A DNA stretch of 64,000 nucleotides. Origin: Moniliella sp. 'wahieum' (Eukaryota). This document shows, one piece after another, positions 24,875 to 38,439 of this stretch (within the stretch, counting starts at the first letter, position 1; every line of letters begins with the position of its first letter). Position numbers and translations under genes: made by a program. Location of the stretch: NCBI GenBank assembly GCA_003971905.1, contig RSEE01000028.1, positions 1 through 64,000 of the forward strand, read 5' to 3'. The notes under the pieces were generated by a model. That model had not been told where the DNA came from. It saw only the letters and a list, made by a program, of their open reading frames with translations, and did not search any database.

Positions 24875-27621
24875 TCAGCTGGGGGTCGCCAAATATATTT
24901 CCAAGGGGGGGTCAGAGAGAGCGGGCCCACACACACAGCTAATATTAGGTTCTAGCAAATTGGCCAAAAAGGAACCCATTGGCCTGAGCAGTCGTAGGGA
25001 AGGCAGAACCAAGCAGGAAGTCCCCTGTAAGATCTCTGTCCCCCGCCGGCAGCCAGGCTGGAAGGGAAGAGTTCCAGCAAGGCGCTTGGAGGCATGGCGA
25101 ACCCACTTAGGTCTGCTTCGGGCGCAAGCTCCACGACTGTGCTGCCATCTTGCGGGCTCGTGGTAAGTTCGGGCGCGAGACGAAGCGGAGCGGGGCGGGG
25201 ACGAGAGGCGGAAGATATGGCAGGTTGTTCGGGAGGAGAGCTCTGGGGAACAGGTAGAACTGGCTCCACTGAGAGGGAAGGGCAGGTGGTGGCGGTGGCG
25301 GTGGTGGTGGAGAAGGAGAATGTGGCGCAGCGGGGGGGATTGCCTCCACTGAGAGAAACCAAGATGGATCGATTGGCTGCCCAAAACCCTTACGGGAAAA
25401 GAGGCACTTGGTGTGGAAGGGGCGGAAGATGCGCCCCCCATTAGTACCGGGAGGCGATGAGGCCCATCAACATCAAGTGAGTGAGAACGATCCACGGTTG
25501 GAGATGGAGCTGAAGTCGTGCCCCCGGGCTCGGGTGCAATATCGGGTGATAGGGTAGGAGGGGCTAGATTGGAGTTGGGAACAAGAACAGCTCGACGATG
25601 TTGGATCCACTGGTCCCATTGCATACACAATCCTCGGGTGGTGCAGATGTCGTCGAGCCAACCAAAAAACTTATGCCCCATGGTGGTACCTAGATGAAGA
25701 GGCATCTGGGCTTGGTCCGCGGATGGCTGCAGAGGAAGCGTTCTGCCGCCGTCAACCATGCCGAGTCCAGGACGCCGACCAACGCCGTAGGGTTGATCCC
25801 ACCCGTCTCGGACGCTGCCAAGTTTGGGGGCAAAAGAGCATCGAGGGCGAGCGTAGGTCCAAAAAGAACAGTGTGGGTCATATGGAAGAACGATAGAAGC
25901 TCGTTCCAAAGCAACGGAGGGGGGTGTTCTTCCCCCACACTTCTTGTTGCAAAGAGGCTGAAGCAGATCGGTCCGTAGACGCTTGACCCACTCGTTCATG
26001 TCATCCAGAGGCCCGGTCTTGGTCTGTTCAAATGCGTTCACCACCGTCGCGACTTGTACTGCATCCCCCGACGCTTGCGACAGAGCTTGAATCCACGCCC
26101 TCTGATTTGCATCGAACTTGTTCAGTCCATGTTGCTCAATGAACCGTGCAAGTTGGACGTGATGCGATAACAGTTGGAACTGGACAGCGTGAGGATGAGT
26201 GAGCTCGTGCCCCAAAAAGCAGGTATCATCTTGCTGGATTGCACAGATGAGTTGCTGTTGCAACTCAACATTCAGCTCGTTGTCCATCATTGACGGAAGC
26301 CGGTAAGGACGTTGGGTAACCAGCCCCACCAGCTTTTCTAGCGTGTACAGTGACCAATAAAGGACCCATGCTTGGGGTGTGCCACCGTTCGGATTATGAA
26401 AGATGGTTTCGTAGGCCATACTCATCGTGCCTTCCAACCAATTCACCCATGTGGCCGAACCTAAACCGCCCGAGCCACACCAGTAATAGCCGAGCAACAA
26501 CTGGGCTTGGATCAGGTCCACATTGGCAGGTGCTCCCTCGCACCCGAAAAGGCTGGTATGGAGGGAAGAAGAATGGTGGTCCAATTGTTCTTGGACCGCA
26601 TCATGAGCCAGGCGCCATCCCTCGGTCCGCCCCCACGTAAGCAATCCAGATTGATGTTCCTGTACCAAGGGACGATGACTCGATGAGCTCGCCATCGTTG
26701 CTCCGGCAGCAGCGATGGCGAGGAGGAGATGGGTTGAGATGGGTTGGATAGGAGCGACAGCAGGATCGTGTTGTGGGGAGGTGAATTCAGTGCCGCCCAT
26801 TGGTTCAGGACCGTCGTTCTGTCCAAGCTGACACTCGCTAAGCCGGAGTGATCAAAAAAGTGGTGCAACAGTTGTTCGACCACAGAAGGGAGTAAGTCGG
26901 AGGGTATGATGGCAAACCGATCTAGACCCCAAGTTTGCACATCGGAGCTAGGCCGCGGGCGATCTTGAGGCGCAGACGGTTCATTCGAGCTACCGACCAG
27001 CCCGTGGTTGGTCACACGGGTAAAATACAGCCCGTTGCGCCAGCCCTGAGCAAAGTCGCACTTGACACCAGCTTTGGCGCAGTTACTGCACGGCTCGTCG
27101 TCAGCCTTATGCTTTGCATCGCACCGTAGTTTCCGCCTGCGACAGGTAGCGCAAGATGTGAAGGTGATCTCCCGGCGCTGCCGTGGACGAGGGGCCGGGC
27201 TAGGCCGCCCCCTTTGAGGGGGTAAGGGTGGCTTGCGCCGCTTTTTTGACGGTGGGATGGCTAGGCTAGGGTCGGGATGGACTGGGTTTAGATGGGGGTT
27301 GGAGCTGCTGTGTTTGACATGGGCGTCGAGGACACCAGTCCCGGATGCACCGTCGGAGGATGCGGAAGCGAAAGAGCCCTGCGGCGTTTTTCGACTATTG
27401 TTCCTTGCGACCGAGGACGAAGACGAAGCGTTGGTGGATGGTGTGGCCAAATGGGCGGCGAGGTGTGGCTGGGAAACAGTGGGAAGATTGGTGGAAGTGG
27501 AGCTGTACAGTTGCCTGTGGGCAGCGTAGACGACATTGGGCGGCAGGACGGTGTGGACGGTGGGGGCGATGTGCGCGTCTGCTGAGGCGGCAGGCGGCAA
27601 GCCGAGGTTGGTGCTGTCCAT
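24875..27621 (-). CDS. Zn(II)2Cys6 transcription factor with fungal-specific TF domain
   Basis: SCATCRRRKLRCDAKHKADDEPCSNCAKAGVKCDF; middle-homology region LIQAQLLLGYYW...WVLYWSLYTLEKLVGLVTQRPY. Frameshifted; 3' end approximate. Confidence 0.88.
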
Positions 27622-28376
27622 GAAGAAGGTGAAAGGGAGTGGCCGACGTGGCGGCGGCAGGGGCGGTGGCGATGGAGATGACGATGGTAGGCACCGCTCT
27701 CCCGCCCCGGTGCTAAGGAATATAGCAGCCCATCAACCAGCCAGTGAGTGGTAGGCCCCGAGGCAGCTGCGAGAGATGTGCAGGCCAAACCGACACAAAG
27801 GCAGGCACTGTTACGCTGCCCCCGTGCCTACCCCACCCTCTGGCACTGGCGCTGCGCTGGGGCAGCCGGGGGCTGGACGATTGGGGGCGTCATGCGCGTC
27901 ATGCATCATGCGTCACGGTGCTGCTCTGCTGGAAGAGGCGGGCGCTATGCAGCCCCTTTGGTCGCATGTGTGTTAGCATATGTTAGCCTAGCAGAGGCGC
28001 CGTGGTGCTTCGTCCAGGCGCGCCTGCGATTGAAGCGGCGGAGCTATTCAGTCACGTGCGCCAGGCTGGCTGCCAGCCAAGCATGCCAGCTCGAGCCGCA
28101 TGCAACTAGTGTCTAGTCTGACGGGTTGCACGGCAAAACGCCTGCAAGTGCCTCCTGCGAGCTAAGCAAATCAGACAACTTGGGCGCACAGGTGCCAACC
28201 CTACTGCGCACTGCTGGGGCGTCCAGCCACTTCTAGCAAAAAAACCTCTCCTGTCCACGTCACGCGCATGGCGGCGCACAAACCAGCCGGCAGCTGCCCC
28301 CTTGCAAGCGCCCCAGTGGCTCTGATAGGCGCTGCGACTCCCTCCCGCGTCCACCCTGACGACCACGACCCTTCGC

Positions 28377-29107
28377 ATGGCCGGCACGATCATCATCAAC
28401 TCGGTCGGCGGAGCGCTGGTGCTCATCTCTACCGCCTTTCTGCTGGGCACACTCGCGGTCCACTGGACTGCGGACCATCTGGTGCTGTGGCAGCGGCCCT
28501 GACTGCTGAGCATCTCGCTGCCGCGCACGCGTACTATGCTCGCACCTTCCCCCGCGACACCTTGCCCACGGGTGGCGCGGGCGATGTGCATGCCTGGGCG
28601 CAGCGCGGCATTGCCTTGGCTGGCATTATTGGTGCCGGTGGTGCCGGTATCAAGGTCTTTGCTGGTGGCGAAGACAATTGGCTGTTTGACGGCGCGACGC
28701 TCTGTACGTACGAAGCGCCTTGTCCTCCTTCTCTTCTCTCCCTCTTTTGGTGCTCGATCCGACCTGCTGACGTGCGCCTCCTCCCAGTTTTGCTCAGCGC
28801 TGTGGGCCTCATCACTCTGAACAGCGTGATTCCCATCCTCCGTGCTCTGCCCCCTTTCCCCATCCCGGCCACCCCAGGGTCAGAATTCAAACTGAACCAG
28901 CAGCTCCAAGACCTGGCGTCGATCAACGTGACCATCGCCGCGGCCTTGGTGGGGGTGTTGCTACTACAGGGCGGGCAATACTATGCGACGCGCTCGCAGT
29001 CCAAGGAGGACGAGGCGTTGTTGGAAAAGAAAGTGAACGAAGCACGCAAGATTCTAGCTAGCGCCAATGCTGCGCCTGCGCAGAGCGCCGCGGTATCGTC
29101 CAGTTAG
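28377..29107 (+). CDS. Shr3/Psh3-like ER chaperone for amino-acid permeases
   Basis: LVLISTAFLLGTLAVHWTADHLVLW..AHAYY; LFDGATL; DLASINVTIAAALVGVLLLQGGQYYA, matching the Shr3 four-TM pattern. Intron at about 28704-28788. Confidence 0.8.
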
Positions 29108-29557
29108 ACTACACACTGGTCAAAACGTGACTTGGACATCCGCTGTCGTTCCATCTTAACCCCCCCCCCCCACCTGTGCATCTTCTTTGCAATAGGAACT
29201 ACCAGTTATGGGCATCGATATCAAAGGATGAAAAGGGGGTGAGATGATAGTGGCCTACGACTACGAGAGTGTACCAAAAGCGGCCTAGAATACAGGTCAA
29301 CCACGGAATGCACGCCACCCCTGGGAGAGGTTATCCTCGGAGAGATCAATATGTGTGCTACCCAATCTGATGGACGTTGAACCATCAGAAAAACCGGTTG
29401 GAGTGCAAGTAGCATACTGCGGGAGAGGAAGAGGAGGTACAGGAGAATCAAGGGAAGGGCACAGAACACTCGTAGCTATTTGTTCCCCATAGCTGAGTGG
29501 CATGTGCCGATGATGAGAAGGATACGTAGGACTAATTGCCTGATTACTTGACCTGGC

Positions 29558-30417
29558 TCACTTCTTGGATGCAGCTTTCTTGGGCGCAGGTTTCTTGGGC
29601 GCCGCCTTCTTGACTGGCTCGGTCTTCTTAGCAACAGACTTCTTGGGCGGCGCGTCCTTAGGTTTTGGCTCAGCGGGTTTCTTAGTGGGCTTAGGCTTGG
29701 CACCAGGTGCGAGCTTCACCTTACCCGAAGGGCCCTTGGGTAGCACAAACACCTTCTTCGTTTCCCCCGAAGTGATCGCGCGGGCCAAACGCGAAGCAAA
29801 CACCGTATCGGAAACGGCGGCAGTGTGGGAGTAATTGGCAAGGATCCACTTCTTGAGGATCGGACGCGAGAGGCCCAAGCGGCTCTCCTCGGGGTGGGCA
29901 AGGATCGCAGCTTTGATCATATCCTGATCATCGAGTAGGGGCGGACAGAGACCATTTGGGGGCAGGCCAAGGCGGAAAGACAGGGAGCGATGGGCAGGGG
30001 GTGGGACAAAGAGAGAGGAGGAAGTTGGGTCAGGAAACCATCCAAAACAGACACACAGAGTACTCGGCGCAAGCTGCATCCAAGAGCCAAATCACAGCCT
30101 CTTGGTCCGTGCCCCCGGCCTCCGCCCTGATGGCAGCGCATTCGCTAAATAACGCTTGCGCCGTGCCAGCTGCCGACGTTGGGGCGCTTGGGCGGGCAGC
30201 AGAGGCAGCACCGACATAACGACGGCGGTATGCACGCCCCGCAGCCTCACCCACACTCCTTTAACAGATACAGTGCACATCAAGGGGGAGAGCGACGTTG
30301 GACGGGAGCGGGGCTCTGGCGGGAGTTGGGGCTGACGTGGCGGAGGGGACTTACCTCGTAACTGGGTCCCGCGGGCTTCTTGGGCGCGGGCTTGGCGTCT
30401 TTGGTTGCAGCAGCCAT
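29558..30417 (-). CDS. HHO1: Linker histone H1
   Basis: Exon 1 MAAATKDAKPAPKKPAGPSYE (30417-30355), intron 30354-29924, exon 2 DMIKAAILAHPEESRLGLSRPILKKWILANY...LPKGPSGKVKLA followed by a Lys/Ala/Pro tail. TATA-like tttataaa at about 30548. Confidence 0.93.
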
Positions 30418-31854
30418 GTTGAGCGAGGTGGGGCTGTGGAGGATGGGGCAGATGGGAGAGAAGCGCGGGCCAAGGCGAGAAACAAGGGGCGAGTGGGAGC
30501 GGGGGTGGTGGGAGCGGGCTCGACCGCTGCTGTGCCGCTCGACGGGTTTATAAAGACGCGCTCGACCCGCGGCACGTAGCACGCCCCCAGGCCACACTAG
30601 CCCAGTGCCCTGGATTGCAACACTGCCGAGGTAATAGCCGTGCGCATGATGCTGCGCGAGCGCCCAAAGAGGAGGCAGCCCCACGGGGGCACTTTCCAGC
30701 ACGGATCTTGGCCCGCACGTCTCCGTCGCGTGGTCTCTGTTCTCCCCTCTCTGCCTTCATGTGGGCGCCAATCGGCTATACTGCACTCAGACCAGAGGAA
30801 AGCCCCCTTATGAGGAACATGGTGAGAGTGCGTTCAAGTCACAGTTCATATCCCGCGGTTGGTGTCCGAGTTTCGGGGAGGAGAAGTTCGTTTGTTCATG
30901 AGTCACTGTCTATAGAGTATCCCGCTGACGAGGACACGGGGAATGCATAGGATGTGTGGATGTGCAGGATGGACCGGCTCATCTGATACACGGCAATGGG
31001 GTATATAGTCGGTCATCTCTCTGCTTCATCTGTACCTCTAGCTTCAATCCCTTCTTCAAACCGACACTGCTGCCTGCGAACCCGTCGTCTGTCATACATG
31101 TGTCCTGGCTGAAAGCAAGGCGGTCGACTGGCATGACAGACGGGATGAGGAAGGCAGAGAGAATCCTAAAGACTGTGGAGAGAGAGGGCGCAAGAGCCTG
31201 TATCCTAAACCATGATTTCCCCCGATCCCTTTGATCATCCTGCCCGTCCGGTCCGCCGCGTCTGCCGTACCATCAGCGCCCACGCTGCCTATAGTAACCG
31301 CCCGCTGCACGAGAAAGAATGGGGACGCCATTCCACCATCGGTGCGCTGTCGGGGCTGTGGGGGGCACGATGGCACTGCACCCAGTAATGGCCCGGGCAT
31401 GACATCTTCTCTGGCCTCGAGCAGTTGTCCAGTGCACTGTCCATACCACTCCCCCTTCTCACTTTTGCTAGGCGGAGGGGCAAGAGCAACGCACATCGGT
31501 AAGACACAATAGTGTTATTTTGGCACAAGGGATGGATACAACAGGGCTTTGCAGTTCTTCATTGACCTGCACATGCGCGTTCCTCTCATCTACCACTACG
31601 CCCTCAGCGCCCATGCCGCCCTGGGAGCTGCGCTTCTTCTCCTTACATGGAACGACGAGAGGCGGCTGCTAGGTTGTTCCCCGCCGTGGCGCTGTGAGAC
31701 CGAGTGGCAGTTGTATGAGCCGCACCCCTCTTCAAGAAACCTGGTCACGCACGTCATGGTCATGAACCGGACCACGAAGGGGTCAACGCACTCTCTATTC
31801 TTTTCCCCGCCGACCCGCGGGGCTCCGTGGCTCCAGAAAGGCATGCGTGGTGCT

Positions 31855-34246
31855 TTAGGATGTAGGAGGTTGGGAAAATCCAAGCGGAGCCATCGCATCG
31901 CTCCATCCCAGCAGACTCGAATCTAAGTTGGCGTTCCCTTCGAATCCCGTGTTCAAGAGCGAGCCCGTGTCCAAGCCAAACAGATCGGTCTGTTGAAAGG
32001 AGGCAAACCAGGGCTGATCCATGATCAGCGATGCGTCTGAAGCCAAGGAGCTTTGGGGCGCGGGATGCGTCCCAACGGTCGCGGGGCCGGGGAGCGGGGG
32101 CAGAGCCGAAGCGTGCCGAGCCACCGTTGGCGCTGGCGCAGGCGCGGCGGACGCCGTTGCGGAAGAAGTTGTGGGTGGAAGAGGGGGACGAAATTCCCGC
32201 GACTGATCTGGCAAGCAAGGCCCACAGGGCAGGATGTGGGGCGGAGGTGCAGCAGCAGCAGGGGTCCGCGCGGCCTCCGAGGGCTGCGTTGGCATGCCCC
32301 GCTGTGCTTCTGGAGCGGCTAATAGACTGGTGAGTACTTGGTTTGGGACTTGCCACATGGGACCGGCGAGCAGGAGCAAGTGGCGCAATTCGATCAGGTC
32401 GTTTAGGATCTCGTCCTGCTTATCGGCCAAAAGGATGGGACCTGGGTCGTAGCGTTGGATCATGAAAAGGTGATGTTGAAGTAGCAGGGCAGCCAGTGCA
32501 GAGAGGCGGCCCAGCCATCCGCCCGAAGCGAGATGGAGACGATGAATGTAGAGGTCCTCGGGCTCATTGCCGGTCTCCTTGGCCAACTGCACAGCCTGTG
32601 CGATGGGACGGAAACCCTCAGCCTCGCTCCAGATGAGCATCAGCTTCACCAGCTCGAAGGCCGCTTGGGCGGCTGCGTCGCGAGACCGGCCGAACCGTTG
32701 GGCTCGAGCCAGCCTGGGACATAGTACCGCAGATGCAATGCGCGAAGAACAAAAACCGTGCCCCATGGATCGCCATCCCAATCTGCATCCACTCCAAGCT
32801 GCTGTGGATGGGATTGAGCACGTGCGGGGGCACTCGGTCCAGACCGAATTGAAATGGGCGTGGAGTTCTTGGATCAAAGCGTAGGCGTCTTCCTCTGGCA
32901 TCTTATCCGTCTCGAGCACGCGATGTATAATGTAGCCCACTTCCCATTGGAACTTGACGTACAGAGGCCATCGGCCATCTTCATGGATCTCCCAAGAACT
33001 GTCCGAGTAGAGAAAGGAAGGGGTAGGTGGATTGCGAGTGATCGCCATGCTTGCCCGGCGCGATGTAAACACAGTGAGGGATTCGAGCAGGTATGTCAGC
33101 GTCCACAAGCGGTACCGGTCGTATCGTTCCTCCTCTGACGCACTCGGGGGAGGGTCCTGATCCAGTCCAAACGCCAGGCATCGTGCCACGCACATTGCGA
33201 TCATGCTGTCGCCAAAGTGGGGGGAGCGCACCCGAATGCTCAACCGAGAGAGCATCAGTTCCACACGGATTGTCTCCAGAGTGGGATGGACCAGAGCGCT
33301 GCCGGCCACGAGAGCTGCCATGGAGAGGTCGGCCATAACGGTAATGGGATTGCCATATACGCGCAGCAGGGGCCGGTACAGGTCTAGGTTGCTCGGCCGA
33401 GGCACGAGGAAGGAGATGGCGACCAGGACGAGAGTAAGAGCAAGGAAGATGAGCTGTTCACGCGCCTTGGCGGGGGAGAGCGGCCGATAATTTGGCATAA
33501 AGAGCCCCGTCTCGACTTCCCGTGCCCATTGGGCCCGGAAGCGATGACCGTCCACAAAGAACCGGGCGAGGAAACTGTGTTCCAGGGCGACTCGGCACAT
33601 GGCCTCGACCACCGCTGGCTCCGGCATGGCCTGGACGATCATACCCAACACTGTCTCCATTGCGGGCACACCTTGCTCGTTCCACCCTTGCCGCATCAGC
33701 TCCAGAGGATGCTCGCCGCGCGGGTCGGGAACGTGTCCCCGGCTGCTGCTGCTGTGGGCAAGGGGGAAGGGGCGGGGTATCGGGGATAGGAAGATCGCTA
33801 ATGTCCACCTCTAGTTTCTGGGCGAGGAGAGCGGCGAGGTGGTCGACCTGATCCAGTCGTTTGACTAGCTCGCTTGCAGCGGCGGTTGCGGGAGCCGGAC
33901 GAGGTGGTTTGGCGCCGGGGGCCACTTGCACAGGTGGACCTCGTTGCGGTCCACACACGCCCCACAGGGGAAGGTGCGGTCACACTTGAGCTTGCGGCTG
34001 GGAGAGCGTCAGTGAGGAGGAGGGGACAGGAGGCAGGAGGCAGCGGGCAGGAAGGGATGCGTACCGCCGGCAGTTCTCGCACGACACGGCGCGTCCGGAG
34101 CCGCCCTGACTGCCGCCGAGTGATGGGTCGGAGGAGTTGTGCAGAGGGGGCTGTTTGCGCTTGCGTGCGGCCATGGGCATGGGCTTGGGCTGGGGCTTGG
34201 GCGAGGGCGCCGGCACGGGGTGGCCGGTGTCGGTGGCGCCGTTCAT
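31855..34246 (-). CDS. Zn(II)2Cys6 transcription factor
   Basis: AVSCENCRR|intron|RKLKCDRTFPCGACVDRNEVHLCKW; downstream PTLETIRVELML...FGLDQDP...RYRLWTLTYLLE, typical of the fungal TF middle region. Confidence 0.88.
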
Positions 34247-35566
34247 GTCGCTGCGGCCACCGGGTGGCACGGACGGGTAGGATTGATATGGATGGATGGT
34301 CGCAACGCGTCAAGTCGGACCTTCGGACGTACGCTGCTTAAATTTAGCCGGCCAGCTGCCGCGGGGAACGGCGCTAATTAATCAGTAACCCGCGCCAGCC
34401 CAGGACGCCAACGGTCGTATCCCCACCCGCCCTCGGCAGTAGACGGTGGATCCCCACCGCCACATTCCCACCGTCCGAGTGCAACGCCTGCCTGCCCAGT
34501 GCGATCCCCACTCTGCCCGACCTGGGCGCCGTGTGTCCCAGCCCATCCATCCACCCTCTGAGCGCGTCGACGGCAGAGCTCGAGGTCCATCCTCATCCGT
34601 GCGGCGTCAATTAAGGGTGCCTGTGCCCAGATCATCGCCTCCTCTGCCCCATCATCTTGCACCTCTTGTGCCGAAGCTTAGGCTGATACTCTCGAAGCGT
34701 AGTGCGTCGTGGTGAGTGTCTGTGTAGGCAGACGACATACAGGATGGGCTTGTTCAAGTCGGGCGCGGGGCACGCTCAGGGTTTAGAATGTACGAAGCCA
34801 ACGTCGATACCAAGGAGGAAGAGAGCACAGGAGAATGTACCGAGGCGATCTCTGGGAACCGCAAGCGTCCATCGTTCATCCGTCGAGATCTACTAGCCTC
34901 TGTCTCCCACGCGCAAGTAGGCCAAACTCTTCAAGGCAAAGGAAGAGAGGTATAGCGCGAAAATATTTCATTACAACCAAAACGCACAGACATGCTGCAG
35001 ATGGGACAGATGTTGAGGTGGGCATCGTTGCGGGAGAGACGGCGAAGAAGGGATGTCACGGGGGGCGGGATAGGGCAAAGAGCACCCAAATGGCGTAGTT
35101 GTGAGGAAAAAAGGACACATCTTTTCCTCGTCATTATATCAGCTTGCCTCTCAGATCTGAGATGTGACACTTGGGAGGAATGTCCCGGGAAACAGAACGC
35201 CGATGCAGTGGGGTGCGTTGAGGAAAGGCCAGACACTTGTGCAGAGTGGTTTGGGCGCCGCAGATGCTCGCCAAGGCGGCCACGCCGGGAGGGAGCAGCG
35301 CGCAAAAAGCCAAGCGAAGCGGGCGATGGGAACACAATCCATAAACTGTGAAACGTTCAGCTCTCTGTCAAGCATCTCAACTCTCAACCAGCCGCGGGTG
35401 GCCAGGGAGATGCAATGTTCAATCTCAGCGGCTGCATACCTTCTCGTCGCGGGCCGGCGTGGGCCGAGTGGTGCGGATCAGCCGAGCGAAGGCCGAGCCG
35501 ATTTCGAGCGCGACGCGAACGAGGTGGACGCGCCTGTTGCTCTCCCACCACCCTACCCACCCCCCC

Positions 35567-36750
35567 ATGTCCCCGCGTCCCCTCCTACCGACTCTGCGCC
35601 CGCGGCGAAACGCAGTCGTACCGACGCCACGCCCGACAGGGACGAGGGTGTGACCGAAGCGGAAGCTGCGCTGTACGACCGCAGATCCGCCTCTGGGGTC
35701 TGGCCGCGCAAAACCGCATGCGCAAGGCGCACATTTTGGTTGCCAACCTGCAAGGCGTAGCGACCGAGGTGATCAAGAACATTGTTCTCAGTGGTATTGG
35801 CACACTTAGTATCATTGACCCGTTTCCCGTACGCGCCCAGGACCTCACCGCCGGCTTCTTCTTTCGGCAAGAGGATGTGGGCCGCTTACGTGTCGAGGTG
35901 GCCGCGGCGCGCATCCAAGCTCTCAACCCGTTGGTCAAAATCCAGACGTTTGCCTCGGACGAGGCGTTGCGAGACGCAACTGAGCTCAAACAGCTCAAGG
36001 TGGATGTGATTGTCTCGACGGCAGGGACCAAGGCTCAGTTGGTACGTCCCCCCCTCCTCCATCCTCCATCCCCAATCTCCTCACTTTGTTTCTAGTGCGT
36101 GTGCACGAACTGACTGGGCTCAGGTGGCGCTCAACACGCTTGCACGCGAGGTGGGGGCCAAGTTTTATGCCACCCAGACGCTTGGTCTGGATGGGTGGTG
36201 GTTCTCAGACTTGGGGCAGCACACGTACCCTCGTCGAGGGTGGCGGGGAAAAGAAGAAGATGCAGTTTACTCAGGCCTTTGTCCCGCTCTCCGAAGCGAT
36301 TCTGACCCAATTCAATCTGCCTGCCAAAAAACTCAAGCGACTCAACTTGACCCCAGGCTTCTTTGCCTTGCTCGGTACGTCCGTTCCTGCGCCAAGGCTC
36401 CATGGAGCAGTTGACTAACCCCCTTTCTGCACAGCGTATTGGGACCAGCCCACGGCGTCGGCCCCCGAGCTCAAGCAAGCTGTCTTTGCCCAAGCTTCCT
36501 CGCGCCATGTCGATCCCCTCTCTCTCCTCTCTGACGCAGATTGGGACGAGTTTCTCCCGCGCTTTCTCGCCGCTGGGACCAAGCGGACTTTGCGCCGACG
36601 GCCGCCGTGTTAGGAGGCTTGGTGGCGCAGGACGTGTTGAATGCGCTGGGCGCTTCCCAGCCGCCGATGGCCAACTTTACCTACCTCGACGGCGCGGCCG
36701 GTACAGCAGTGGTGTACAAGCTCGGGGTTCCCGATGCGCACAAAGTCTAA
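35567..36750 (+). CDS. AOS1: SUMO-activating enzyme E1 subunit Aos1/Rad31
   Basis: EAEAALYDRQIRLWGLAAQNRMRKAHILVANLQGVATEVIKNIVLSGIG..RIQALNPLV; FSDLGQH; FAPTAAVLGGLVAQDVLNAL...PMANF. Two introns. Confidence 0.9.
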
Positions 36751-37360
36751 CCTGTTGGCGCCCACGCCTCCATCGTCGTGTAGTCCACTAGCCAACGTTT
36801 ATCGTAGATGACAACAGGTGGGATGAGGGCGAGGAGAGAAGCCATGGATGCATGGGTGAATGCCAACTTGTGAGCTAGCACTGATCTCCCAAGGGAAGTT
36901 CGGGGGGGGGAGATCAACGCCTACTTACGCCCAGCAGCGTGACTCTGCAATTGCTACGTTATACAGGTGGGAAAAAGCGGTGGGGGAGCTACAGGGGCTG
37001 TTGTGGGTCTCGGACAGATGGGCAGGTAGTCGGAGCCTCTTGTCGGCCGGGAACGAAGGTGCAAGCCACGGTAGCCATTTCCTCCGTCCTCCCCCACTCG
37101 CCTCCATCCTTCCGGCAGCACACACTTGCCCCACGTGCGTGCCTGTGCCTGCCCCCGCTCTCTGTGTACTGCACCATCCCCCCTGCTGGGCTATGAACTG
37201 GGCCGCCTGCCCCCTCACGCCCCATCCATCCACAAAGCGCAGTATACATGCTCACTACATTTCGCTCTGCCCCCTCCGGGGGCGCGAGGTAGACAGGCCG
37301 GGTTACGGGCGGCAAGGGATGCTGGTTCAGCCGAGGGCGCAAGGTGAGCCCAGGTGAGGC

Positions 37361-38439
37361 TCAACTCTGCCACGCGCGAAGCAGGTCGTCGGGGGAAATG
37401 GCTTCGACGGTGGGGATCTGGTCCAGCTGGGGAGCGGTACGGTCCACACGCGGCGACTTTTTAGGTGTCAAGCCTGTTGTCGTTCCTGTTCGTGTCGAAG
37501 TGCTGGTGCGGGGGCAAGGACGGGGCAGCGAGGCGGGTCAGGGTGCGGCGCGCCTGCCCTGTGCGCCCGAGGGGACAACGAGCGAGTTGGCCAGGTCGGG
37601 TGGGCTCGGACCAAAGTCGAGCCAGTCGCCGAGCGGAGCCAAGTCATGCGACGAGCGGTGGTGCTGGCTTGGGCAGCGCAGAGAGCAAGGTGGGCAAGGT
37701 GCTGCTCGTAGCCCCGCTGGACGGGGTGGCTGTGCCATGCAGGGCCGGCGGCGGGGCCAACGAGTGGGTACTGCGCATGCCAGGTAAGAAAGCGCTGCTG
37801 GCGCCGGGCGATGACAGCGACGGAGACGCAGGAGGCTTGTCTCTCCCCGTGGCCTCGTCGTGCGGGAGGCCAGCGGGACTAGGCTGGGCGGCAGACGAAG
37901 GTGGGATGTCGGCGAGGCCGGTGGCGAAGCATTTGGTGCGGCAGTGGAAGAATAGGCAGCAGGCTCGTCGACCGAGGCGGTTAGTGCGGCAGCGGAAGGA
38001 GGGGCAGCAGGCTCGTCGGCCGGTGCAGTGCTCCCCGGAGGAGCAGCCTCTAGGTCCTCGGTGCTGCGCCATGCTTCGGTCGAGGTGGGAGGCGACCCGG
38101 GGCTGCTGGGCGGGGACGGCGACTTGGCTGGGGCGGTGGGCGAAGGGAGGGTGGCAGTGGCAGTGCAGTGGCAGGGGCTGCGGCTGAGGCGGAGGCTGCG
38201 GCCGGGCTAAGGCTGAGGTGGAAGAGGGGGCAGGAGCAGGGGCAGGGGCAGAGGCAAAACAGGAGCAGGGGCAGGAGGGGATGTGGGGGGAGCGGGCGAG
38301 GAGGGCTTGCTGGAGCGCAGGGCGGAGTGCAAGCTGGTGGAGCGGGTGCGGGTGGGGCCCGAGGGGGCGGAGAGTGGGGCGGGGGCAGGCGGGGCGGAGG
38401 GAGCCGGGCGCGGGCGGCGCAGCTTGCGTAGCAACCCAT
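37361..38439 (-). CDS. Hypothetical Pro/Ser-rich protein
   Basis: ATG at 38439 reads MGCYAS.. or, with one restored G, MGLLRKLRRPRPAPSAPP. Overlapping open frames run to a protein-like end PQLDQIPTVEAISPDDLLRAWQS* at 37361. A GTCAC motif cluster lies upstream. Confidence 0.4.
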
